A stretch of DNA of 64,000 bases from an uncultured Gammaproteobacteria bacterium (lineage in GTDB: Bacteria > Patescibacteriota > Patescibacteriia > Magasanikbacterales > UBA922), in assembly GCA_964435035.1 (NCBI GenBank), contig CAYSXR010000003.1, positions 19,553-83,552 on the forward strand. Direction: 5' to 3'. The position numbers and the translations under genes were made by a program. The notes below the pieces were generated by a model that was not told the origin of the DNA, ran no database searches, and saw nothing but the letters and a program-made list of their open reading frames with translations. Positions 53,413-61,557 of this stretch are shown here, one piece after another (the stretch's first letter is position 1; every line of letters starts with the position of its first letter).

Positions 53413-54366
53413 ATGCGACGAATTTTTTATGCATGTGCATTGAGTATTGTTTTTTCGTTTGCATGGTTTTTTTCTGTTAGCGCTGCTCCTATCGAGTATC
53501 CGCAACCCACAGGCTTTGTCACTGATTATGCGGGTGTAATTGATGAAGTCACTGAGGCGCGTATTACTGAGCGTCTTAGTGAATTGGAAGCTACTTCGAC
53601 GAGTGAGATTGCGGTTGCAGTGGTATCAACATTGGAAGGTCTCTCAATTGAAGAATATGCGATTGGATTATTTGAATATTGGGGTATTGGAAAAGCAAAA
53701 CAGGATAATGGTGCATTACTATTGGTCGCTCCGAATGAACGAGAAGTGCGTATTGAGGTAGGGTATGGACTTGAGGGTGCGCTGACTGATATTGAATCCG
53801 CATCGATTATCGATGATATATTGATTCCTGCATTTAAAGAAAATAAATATAGCGAAGGTATCGAACAAGCGACTAACGCTATTATCCAGGCAGTAGAGGG
53901 TGAATATGGTGCATCGCTTGGTGTGTCTACAGGCGATAGTGGTGTTGTTGGCAGTATGATGGCAGTGATAATTTTGGGCATTTTTGGGTTTGTTGGATGG
54001 ACGGTATTTTCTCGACTGTTTATGGAGATGTCCCGTTCAAAATCAGTGGTGGGTGGATCAATTATCGGTGGATTAGTTGGTTCGTTTGTGGGTGCGCTTA
54101 CCAGTTCCTGGATTCTCATTGGTATTGTTGGTGCGATTATTGGCGGTATTGTCGATTGGGTGATTTCACGTTCGGCCTCTTTTTCTCGTTTTAGAAATAA
54201 AGTTGAGGATATTATCCGAAAAGAAAAAAATAATAAGCGCCCTAAAGGCGGATTTGGAGGAGGCTTTGGTGGATTTGGTGGCGGGGGTAGCTCGTCATCT
54301 GGGGGTGGATTTGGTGGTTTTGGTGGAGGATCATCAGGTGGAGGTGGAGCTTCGGGTAGATGGTAA
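53413..54366 (+). CDS. TPM domain protein (YgcG-like)
   Basis: VTDYAG, WGIG..DNG, RIEVGYGLEG and a Gly-rich GGGASGRW tail. Confidence 0.92.
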   Translation: MRRIFYACALSIVFSFAWFFSVSAAPIEYPQPTGFVTDYAGVIDEVTEARITERLSELEATSTSEIAVAVVSTLEGLSIEEYAIGLFEYWGIGKAKQDNGALLLVAPNEREVRIEVGYGLEGALTDIESASIIDDILIPAFKENKYSEGIEQATNAIIQAVEGEYGASLGVSTGDSGVVGSMMAVIILGIFGFVGWTVFSRLFMEMSRSKSVVGGSIIGGLVGSFVGALTSSWILIGIVGAIIGGIVDWVISRSASFSRFRNKVEDIIRKEKNNKRPKGGFGGGFGGFGGGGSSSSGGGFGGFGGGSSGGGGASGRW

Positions 54367-54458
54367 CATTGATTCAGACAGATTAAAACGGATTTAGACT
54401 GAAAAAATTAAATCCATTATAATCTGCGTAATCAATATAAATCTGTTTAAATCAATGT
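54364..54458. repeat. MITE-like family A copy
   Basis: TAACATTGATT...AATCAATGT termini. Confidence 0.8.
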
Positions 54459-54461
54459 GAT

Positions 54462-55358
54462 ATGGGGATACTACTTACACCTACCACAAAAGTATTGGTT
54501 CAAGGGATTACGGGGAAAGAAGGTCAAAAAGCGTCAGCTGCAATGCGAGAGTATGGGACTAATGTAGTTGGTGGTGTTCGTCCTGGTAAAGGTGGTGAAT
54601 TGGTAGATGGTGTTCCTGTATTTAATAATGTTGTTGAAGCTCTTGCGGTCCACTCTGATATTTCTGTCACTACCGTGTTTGTTCCTCCATTTGCAGCACG
54701 TGCTGCGATACTCGAAGCGATTGATGCGGGGATTCCACAGATTAATGCAATTGTGGAGCGTATTCCTATCAAGGATACGGCCTATTGCCTTGCTGCAGCA
54801 AAAGAAAAAAATATTAGAATTATTGGACCGAGTTCCCTCGGGTACATCACTCCTGGTGTTGGACGTATTGGAGTAGTTGGGGGACCAAAATTACAGGCAG
54901 ATCAGATTTTTACTCCAGGCCCAGTGGGAATTATTTCTCGTTCAGGTGGTATGACTAATGAGCTTTCGTGGCAGGTACGGAAAGCAGGATTGGGACAAAG
55001 TAGTGCTGTACATGTTGGCGGTGATTTACTCATGGGCACTACCTATGCAGATTTACTTACATTATTTGAGAATGATGCTCAGACCAAAGCAGTGATTATT
55101 TTTGGTGAGCATGGTGGATCATATGAATTTGAAATCGTTGATTTGATTAATAGTAAAGGTTATACCAAACCACTTGCAATCTATATTGGAGGAAAATTTG
55201 CAAGTATTCTTCCTGAAGGAATGAATGTGGGGCATGCTGGGGCAATTGTTGAACGAGGAAAGGGTGCAGTAGAAAAAGAAGCGGTGCTTAAAGAGGTTGG
55301 GGTGATGATTGCTGATACCTATGAAGAGTTGGTTACTCTAGTTAAAGATTTGGTTTAA
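54462..55358 (+). CDS. Citryl-CoA synthetase small subunit / SucD-like CoA-binding subunit
   Basis: VQGITG, SRSGGMTNE, phospho-His motif GHAGA. Confidence 0.82.
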   Translation: MGILLTPTTKVLVQGITGKEGQKASAAMREYGTNVVGGVRPGKGGELVDGVPVFNNVVEALAVHSDISVTTVFVPPFAARAAILEAIDAGIPQINAIVERIPIKDTAYCLAAAKEKNIRIIGPSSLGYITPGVGRIGVVGGPKLQADQIFTPGPVGIISRSGGMTNELSWQVRKAGLGQSSAVHVGGDLLMGTTYADLLTLFENDAQTKAVIIFGEHGGSYEFEIVDLINSKGYTKPLAIYIGGKFASILPEGMNVGHAGAIVERGKGAVEKEAVLKEVGVMIADTYEELVTLVKDLV

Positions 55359-55367
55359 TTTATTTCT

Positions 55368-56093
55368 ATGAAATTCAAAACGTCGATTACTCAGATCAAA
55401 GATGATAAAGAAATTATTCGAGGTAAGTCCCTTGAGTCTTTGATAAAAAAACAATCATTTGTTGCAACAATTTTTCTTTTATTATTTGGACGATTGCCGA
55501 AGAAGAATGAAGAGGTGATGTTTAATGCTCTTTTGGTGAGTGTGATTGATCATGGTCCTGGAACTTCTTCGGCTTTGAATGCTCGTGTTTCTGCTTCAGC
55601 TGGAAATTCGGTGCACGCTTCACTTGCTGCAGGAATTCTTGGGTTTGGTGAGCGGCATGGTATGGCAGTTGAAGGTGCGATGAAGTTTTTTTATGAAAAT
55701 GCAGAGGAAAAAGATTTAAGATTGAAGATTAGAGATTTGAAAGAGAGAAAGGTGAGATTACCTGGGTTTGGACATAAGGTTTTTACCAAAGTGGATCCAC
55801 GTTCAGTTACTTTATTTACTATTGCTAAAAGTCAAAATATTTTTGAAAAATATTGTACCTTTGCGGGTGCTGTGCACAAAGAACTTAATGTAGTTTCTTC
55901 AAAACCTCTTCCGCTTAATATTGATGGAGCGATTGCAGCAATTTTATGTGATATGAAGATTCCGGTAGAGTTTGGGAATACCATTTTTTTGATTGGAAGA
56001 ATACCAGGACTTCTTGCACATATTTACGAAGAACGAGTGAATGATGTGGGAATACGGAGACTGGATGAGAGTGAGATTGAGTATGTTGGTTAA
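55368..56093 (+). CDS. Citryl-CoA lyase (citrate synthase fold, standalone)
   Basis: IDHG..S, G.RHG.A.E, PGFGH, DPR, NIDG. Confidence 0.85.
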   Translation: MKFKTSITQIKDDKEIIRGKSLESLIKKQSFVATIFLLLFGRLPKKNEEVMFNALLVSVIDHGPGTSSALNARVSASAGNSVHASLAAGILGFGERHGMAVEGAMKFFYENAEEKDLRLKIRDLKERKVRLPGFGHKVFTKVDPRSVTLFTIAKSQNIFEKYCTFAGAVHKELNVVSSKPLPLNIDGAIAAILCDMKIPVEFGNTIFLIGRIPGLLAHIYEERVNDVGIRRLDESEIEYVG

Positions 56094-56116
56094 TTAAGAA
56101 ACAAGATACAACTTTT

Positions 56117-57403
56117 GTGATTCAAAAAATTCTTGATCTCCATATACACTCAAAATATTCACGAGCATGCTCCAAGGATTTGGAATTGCCCAAAATCGCG
56201 AAAGCATGTGAAGTTCGGGGGATTGATATTGTAGTTACGAGTGATTTTACTCATCCGAAGTGGTTTGAACACATGAAGGCTGAACTTACTCTTGATACTG
56301 AAGGAGTGTATAAGCTTACAAATCATGAGAGTAAGACGAGATTTATTATTGGAACAGAAATTGCTTCGATAAAAAAACATAGTGGAGAGACACGTCGTGT
56401 TCATTTACTTATTTTTTCACCCAGTCTTGAAGTGACTGAGAAATTTAACAAGACTCTCGAAGATCGAGGTTTTAATATTCACTCAGATGGGCGGCCTATT
56501 ATCGGGCTTACGTCTAAGCAGATTCTCCAGTTGATGCTTGAAATTGATCCGCGCATGAAGATGATCCCCGCACATGCTTGGACGCCTTGGTTTGGTATTT
56601 TTGGTTCTAAGGGTGGTTATACGTCACTTGATGAAGCATTTGAAGATTTGACTTCTCATATTCATGCAATTGAAACAGGGCTTTCGAGTGATCCTCTTAT
56701 GAATTGGCGATGGAGTCATCTTGATAATATTACTCTAGTCTCAAATTCTGATGCGCATAGTCTTCAGAAATTAGGACGCGAAGCGAATGTATTGCAGTTT
56801 AATACAGAGAGTGAGATTACGTATAATGAAATTATGCGAGTGATTGAAGAGGGAGATAAGAAAAAATTTCTGCGTACTATCGAATTTTATCCTGAAGAAG
56901 GAAAATATCATTATGATGGGCATCGGGATTGTTCATTTTATTGTGCGCCCGAAGAAACAAAGAAACGAAAGAGTATTTGTCCGGTATGTGGAAAAAATCT
57001 AACCATTGGTGTGGAATATCGTGTACATGAGCTTGCAGATCGTACTTGTGAAGAAGCTCGGATTCATTCGTTAGAAAAGAAACGCATCCCTTTTACTTCG
57101 TTGGTTCCTCTTCCTGAAATTATTGCTGATGTATATGAGATGGGAGTGTCGTCAAAAAAAGTAATGAGTGAATATAACGCATTGATTGCGCGCCTCGGAA
57201 GTGAATTTCATATTTTGATTGATGCAACGTTCGATGAAATACGGCAAACATCAAACGAAACTATTGCGCGAGCAATCGAACGCGTTCGATCTGGAAATAT
57301 TTACATCCGTCCTGGGTATGATGGGGAATTTGGAGTAGTGAAGGTTTTTAAGGATAATGAATCGAGGGGCTTGTCCACTCAAACACGGTTGGGTTTAGGG
57401 TAG
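56117..57403 (+). CDS. Endonuclease Q family (PHP + Zn finger) protein
   Basis: DLHIHSKYSRA, PAHAWTPW, ETGLSSD, SNSDAHS, GKYHYDGH, CPVCG, PGYDGEFG. Confidence 0.88.
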   Translation: MIQKILDLHIHSKYSRACSKDLELPKIAKACEVRGIDIVVTSDFTHPKWFEHMKAELTLDTEGVYKLTNHESKTRFIIGTEIASIKKHSGETRRVHLLIFSPSLEVTEKFNKTLEDRGFNIHSDGRPIIGLTSKQILQLMLEIDPRMKMIPAHAWTPWFGIFGSKGGYTSLDEAFEDLTSHIHAIETGLSSDPLMNWRWSHLDNITLVSNSDAHSLQKLGREANVLQFNTESEITYNEIMRVIEEGDKKKFLRTIEFYPEEGKYHYDGHRDCSFYCAPEETKKRKSICPVCGKNLTIGVEYRVHELADRTCEEARIHSLEKKRIPFTSLVPLPEIIADVYEMGVSSKKVMSEYNALIARLGSEFHILIDATFDEIRQTSNETIARAIERVRSGNIYIRPGYDGEFGVVKVFKDNESRGLSTQTRLGLG

Positions 57404-57466
57404 AATAAAGGTATAAGTAAAACAAAAAACTCCCTTACGGGAGATTTTTGTACTTAGAGAAAAATA

Positions 57467-57589
57467 TTACTTTTTTCTCTTTGTAGTTTTGCGTTTAGCT
57501 GCTTTGCGTTTAGCTGGAGCGCGTTTCTTTGCTGCTTTGCGTTTAGCTGGAGCGCGTTTCTTTGCTGCTTTTTTTCTTTTTGCTGGCAT
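57467..57589 (-). CDS. 40-aa Lys/Arg/Ala-rich histone-H1-like basic protein (below the ORF-track cutoff)
   Basis: MPAKRKKAAKKRAPAKRKAAKKRAPAKRKAAKRKTTKRKK, with a strong SD GAGGAGGT (57601-57608) and a terminator-like hairpin at 57425-57450. Confidence 0.8.
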   Translation of the reverse strand: MPAKRKKAAKKRAPAKRKAAKKRAPAKRKAAKRKTTKRKK

Positions 57590-57960
57590 ACTTATTGTAC
57601 ACCTCCTCTCAGATTAAGATATTCGTATTTGTTAATGATGATGTGACCATGGTGCACACCAGAGTGTCACACAAATACAATGATGCAAATTTTTTACATG
57701 ACAAGCATTGACGTAAAAATAAATTTGCAGATTTACACGACCTTTGTTATTAGTATAGATTGTTTTCGTGTTTTATTGAATAGTAAATACACTTTTTTTG
57801 TTTTTACCTGTGAATAACTTTTTTTGATAAAAATAAATAATTAAAATTAATTTTTGATTAAAAAAGATTTTTTTTATCAAATTAATTTTTTATTATTACA
57901 TAATAAATTTTTTAAAACAAAAAAGAAGCTTGTTGCTTCTTTTTTTTAGTTTACATAATT

Positions 57961-58686
57961 TTATACAGTTTCTTTTACAAGTATTAGTTTCTGACGAAGT
58001 TTTGCAAATTTTTTAATTGAGTTGTCTATCCATGCTTGCCCGAAGAAATTTATATACGAAGGATCATTTCTGTGTGCACATATCCAGTTGTAAATTCCTT
58101 CAACTCCTTCTGCTAAGTATATATTAGCAACACTTGTTTTCATTTTTAGTGCTGATTCGCGTGTGTTGTACAACATAAGGCATTGTAGTCCCCAAAAATA
58201 TTTTTTTGAAGTCTTTGAAAGCTCGCACACGATAGCAAGGCGTTCTGCATTCATTATGTCTAATTGGTCGGCATCTCTTAATACATGCATCATTAATCGT
58301 TCTTTTTTTGATAGGAGAAGTTTGGTAAACACGGCTCCAGTTGCAAATGTTTTGCAAAGTATTAGTTTTGTGGCAATTCCACCACTTTGCCTCCAGAAAC
58401 CATATCGGATGCTATGGAGACAGAGCATGAGGGAGGATACTGCATCATCAATGCACGCCATCCATACAAACGATGGTTGTTTGGTAAGTATTCGAGCTAC
58501 GTCATGCCACCAGGCCGCAAGTTCGATTGCTTCTGTTTCTTTTTTTGAGAGATTCAGCGAAGGCGCGATTTTTTTTACATTTGAGACTACACGTTCTACG
58601 TGAGATAGGTCATGAATAGGGTCTTTCGACAATTTCATGAGTTCTTTTGCTTTTTGCACTATGAATTTGTGTTTGGAGTCAATCAT
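57961..58686 (-). CDS. HD domain protein
   Basis: HDLSHVERV, AAWWHDV, RDADQLD. Confidence 0.85.
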   Translation of the reverse strand: MIDSKHKFIVQKAKELMKLSKDPIHDLSHVERVVSNVKKIAPSLNLSKKETEAIELAAWWHDVARILTKQPSFVWMACIDDAVSSLMLCLHSIRYGFWRQSGGIATKLILCKTFATGAVFTKLLLSKKERLMMHVLRDADQLDIMNAERLAIVCELSKTSKKYFWGLQCLMLYNTRESALKMKTSVANIYLAEGVEGIYNWICAHRNDPSYINFFGQAWIDNSIKKFAKLRQKLILVKETV

Positions 58687-58771
58687 ATGGAGATAAGTAT
58701 ATCTAAAAATCTTGTTTTGCTCAAGTCCTTGATTTTAACCTTTTTTTTTGTTAGTATGGATTCATTTACAT

Positions 58772-58824
58772 GGGCCTATAGCTCAGGCAGGTTAGTCCAG
58801 ACACAGTCGGGATATAACGTTGGG
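58772..58824 (+). pseudogene. Pseudo-tRNA-Ile copy 1 (5' part) with inserted hairpin
   Basis: GGGCCTATAGCTCAGGCAGGTTAG-[TCCAGACACAGTCGGGA]-TATAACGTTGGG. Confidence 0.8.
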
Positions 58825-58857
58825 CTGTAGTGGTGTCGAGTTCGTTTATTTTGAAAT

Positions 58858-58931
58858 GGGCCTATAGCTCAGGTGGTTAGAGCACAACGCTTATAACGTT
58901 GGGGTCGATGGTTCGAGTCCATCTAGGCCTA
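58858..58931 (+). tRNA. tRNA-Ile(UAU)
   Basis: GGGCCTA/TAGGCCT acceptor stem, CAACG-CTTATAA-CGTTG anticodon arm, GATGG-TTCGAGT-CCATC T arm, discriminator A. Confidence 0.92.
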
Positions 58932-58935
58932 CGAT

Positions 58936-59205
58936 ATGCATTATCTTTACTTTTTGTGGAGTGACAAACTTCAAAGAGTGTATATTGGTGAAACAGCTGA
59001 TGTGTTAAGACGTCTTGAATATCATAATCAGGGAAGGCAGAGATTTACTAAAAAGGGAGTTCCTTGGAGTCTCATTGCCTTTGTTCCATTTAATTCAAGA
59101 CAAGATGCGTTCAAAGAAGAAAGTAGACTTAAGAAGTGTAAGAATAGAAGGTATATAAAGAAATATATTCTTGAGAAGGGGCACAAATGTATACCCGGTG
59201 GTTAG
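58936..59205 (+). CDS. Small standalone GIY-YIG nuclease (UPF0213/SLX1-like)
   Basis: YLYFL...VYIGET....RRLEYHN.G...FT....PW...A...E..LK. Confidence 0.9.
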   Translation: MHYLYFLWSDKLQRVYIGETADVLRRLEYHNQGRQRFTKKGVPWSLIAFVPFNSRQDAFKEESRLKKCKNRRYIKKYILEKGHKCIPGG

Positions 59206-59264
59206 TCCCGACACAGTCGGGATATAACGTTGGGGTCGATGGTTCCTGGTCCATCTAGTCCTAC
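59197..59264 (+). pseudogene. Pseudo-tRNA-Ile copy 2 (3' part) with inserted hairpin
   Basis: GGTGGTTAG-[TCCCGACACAGTCGGGA]-TATAACGTTGGGGTCGATGGTTCCTGGTCCATCTAGTCCTAC. Confidence 0.82.
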
Positions 59265-59337
59265 TTATATAGTAAAAAGTCGAAAGTCAAAAAGTCTATA
59301 AAGTATGGGAGTATTCGGTTTTACAGATTACATTACT

Positions 59338-60300
59338 ATGATTATTACAGTCCCTGAACAACCAACAAAAAAGAGAATTGATGCTTTTCTTGCCGAGCAT
59401 GGATTTGGTACGCGTACGCTTGTCCAGCGAGCAATTGATCGAGGTTTAGTTACCGTTAATGGTAGTGTGTGTTTAAAATCTTCGTATCGAGTGCAAGAAG
59501 GAGAGAGTATTGAAATGCAGGAGGTGCCTGAGGTTGAAAAAACTGCAGAAGTTATTCTTGAAGAATCTGAAGAGTTGTATAGCAAAGTACAACTTATTCA
59601 TGAAGACAAAGAATATATTGTGGTTATGAAGCCTGCGGGTCTCATTGTGCACCCTACTGAAGCCAAAGAGAAGGTGACTCTTGCTGCATGGGTGGTATCA
59701 AAATATCCTGATGTGGCTACTGTAGGTGATTCTGCTATTCGACCAGGTATTGTACATCGATTGGACAAAGAAGCTTCAGGGTTACTTGTTGTCGCACGTA
59801 CACAGAAAATGTTTGAGCATTTGAAAGATCAATTTAAGAATCGTACGGTTGAAAAGAATTATACGGTGTTGGTATATGGATCAACAGCAACTGAACATGG
59901 CACGATTGATTTTATTATTGATCGCGGCAAAGAGGGGAAGATGGTTGCGAGGCCTAATACTCAGATGACACTCCGGAATGTGAAAGAAGACCGAAGTGGG
60001 AAAGAAGCACTCACTGAATTTGATGTGTTGAAACGTTTTGCGCGTTATACCCTCCTTTCAGTTCATCTCCACACCGGACGTACACATCAAATCCGTGTAC
60101 ATATGTATGCGTTTAATCAGCCAGTAGTCGGGGATATGCTGTATTACCAAAAAGCGTATTTCAAAAAAAATGATCCGTTACTCGGGCGTTTATTTCTCCA
60201 TGCCTCGAAATTATGTTTTACCACGCTTGAAAATCAAAAGGTGTGTTATGAGGCTCCACTTCCAGAAGAGCTACAGATGTATTTAAAAAAATTGGTGTAA
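59338..60300 (+). CDS. RluD-like pseudouridine synthase (S4 + RluA domain)
   Basis: RIDAFL, RPGIVHRLDKEASG, TGRTHQIRVH. Confidence 0.92.
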   Translation: MIITVPEQPTKKRIDAFLAEHGFGTRTLVQRAIDRGLVTVNGSVCLKSSYRVQEGESIEMQEVPEVEKTAEVILEESEELYSKVQLIHEDKEYIVVMKPAGLIVHPTEAKEKVTLAAWVVSKYPDVATVGDSAIRPGIVHRLDKEASGLLVVARTQKMFEHLKDQFKNRTVEKNYTVLVYGSTATEHGTIDFIIDRGKEGKMVARPNTQMTLRNVKEDRSGKEALTEFDVLKRFARYTLLSVHLHTGRTHQIRVHMYAFNQPVVGDMLYYQKAYFKKNDPLLGRLFLHASKLCFTTLENQKVCYEAPLPEELQMYLKKLV

Positions 60301-60313
60301 TACGTTCTTCGCG

Positions 60314-60348
60314 ACCCCTCCCTAACCCTCCCCTAAGAGGGGAGGGAA
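60314..60348. repeat. REP-like palindrome CCCCTCCCTAACCCTCCCC-TAAGA-GGGGAGGG
   Basis: Same family as the in-frame insertion in prmC at 19161-19195. Confidence 0.75.
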
Positions 60349-60375
60349 TCACTTTTCATGCTAAATGAATATTTT

Positions 60376-60951
60376 ATGAAAAAGAAAGGACTACTTGTGG
60401 TTATTTCTTCTCCTTCAGGGGGCGGTAAAGATTCTGTTATTAAGGCTCTCAGTAAACGTATCCCTAATTCTTCTCGTTGTCTTACGACGACCTCTCGACC
60501 GCCGCGCCCGGGTAATGTTGAAGGCGTGGATTATCATTTTGTTTCAGAACAAGAGTTTAAGAAAAAAATTTCTCATGATGAGTTTGTAGAGTACAACGTA
60601 TATGCGGGTAATTATTATGGTACTGAGAAAAGTGTACTTGAACATGCGCTTTTGAATCATGATGTGGTGTATACTCAGGTAGAAGTTAATGGTAAATGTG
60701 CGTTTGATCGACTCCATATTCCACATCTTGCTATTTTTCTCATGCCTGAAAATTTAGACGTTCTCCGCGATCGGATTATTGCACGTGGAGGGCTTACTCG
60801 TGAAGAAGTGGATGAACGACTTCTTATTGCAAAACAACAGATAGCTGAGGCAGGTATCTACGATCTGCAGATAGTGAATGAGCAAGGCAGGTTTGATGAC
60901 ACCGTCTCCCAGCTTACTGAAGCCATTCTTGACAAAAAGGAGACGGTATAG
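60376..60951 (+). CDS. gmk: Guanylate kinase
   Basis: SSPSGGGKD, TTSRPPRPG..GVDYHF, GNYYGT. Confidence 0.93.
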   Translation: MKKKGLLVVISSPSGGGKDSVIKALSKRIPNSSRCLTTTSRPPRPGNVEGVDYHFVSEQEFKKKISHDEFVEYNVYAGNYYGTEKSVLEHALLNHDVVYTQVEVNGKCAFDRLHIPHLAIFLMPENLDVLRDRIIARGGLTREEVDERLLIAKQQIAEAGIYDLQIVNEQGRFDDTVSQLTEAILDKKETV

Positions 60952-61027
60952 TACAGTGTTGCCACTACATATTATATACGACGTTGGTGTACAAATAGTG
61001 TCCAACCTCTCGATTAAACATTTATCT

Positions 61028-61372
61028 ATGTCAGCAGATATCAGACATGAAGTTAAATCAGGGATGATCGTAAAGGTTCATCAGAAGATTAAAGAATTGA
61101 ATACTAAAGGTGAAGAAAAAGAACGTATTCAGATCTTTGAAGGAATTGTTCTTGCTCAAAAACACGGAGGCGAAGCTGGAGCTACCATCACTGTTCGAAA
61201 AGTATCAGACGGTGTTGGGGTAGAGAAAATTTTCCCGATCAATTCCCCAGTGGTAGAAAAGATTGAACTCGTACGTGCAATGCATGTTCGAAAGTCTCGA
61301 CCTTACTTCCTACGTGACTATAAGAAAAAGTTGAAAGAAGTAAAAGTAAAAGGAACTGAAGAAAAAAAGTAA
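61028..61372 (+). CDS. rplS: 50S ribosomal protein bL19
   Basis: ERIQIFEGIV, TVRKVSDGVGVEKIFP. Confidence 0.95.
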   Translation: MSADIRHEVKSGMIVKVHQKIKELNTKGEEKERIQIFEGIVLAQKHGGEAGATITVRKVSDGVGVEKIFPINSPVVEKIELVRAMHVRKSRPYFLRDYKKKLKEVKVKGTEEKK

Positions 61373-61414
61373 ATTAAAAATCCGCCGATGAGGCGGATTT
61401 TTTTATCTGTGTGA

Positions 61415-61526
61415 TGTCATTCCGACCGGAACGCAGTGGAGTGGAGGAATCCCTTTTATCATCAATTTATTATTTAAAACAAGGGATTCCTCGACTCCCT
61501 CGGAGACTCGGTCGCTCGGAATGACA
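61415..61526. repeat. REP-like composite palindrome (TGTCATTCCGA...TCGGAATGACA)
   Basis: 11-bp terminal inverted repeat plus an inner GAGGAATCCCTT/AAGGGATTCCTC stem. Confidence 0.8.
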
Positions 61527-61557
61527 CTATGGGAGTAGGCTTCAGGGAGGAACGTTT

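Noticed and set aside
51580-56093. Autotrophic reverse TCA cycle
   Set aside because: No other rTCA genes are in the window and the genomic context indicates a reduced fermentative organism.
57780-57960. Very AT-rich tract as oriC
   Set aside because: Only one near-consensus DnaA box is nearby (about 57809). The perfect TTATCCACA boxes (29986, 38723, 39806) are scattered singly, and dnaA/dnaN are not in the window.
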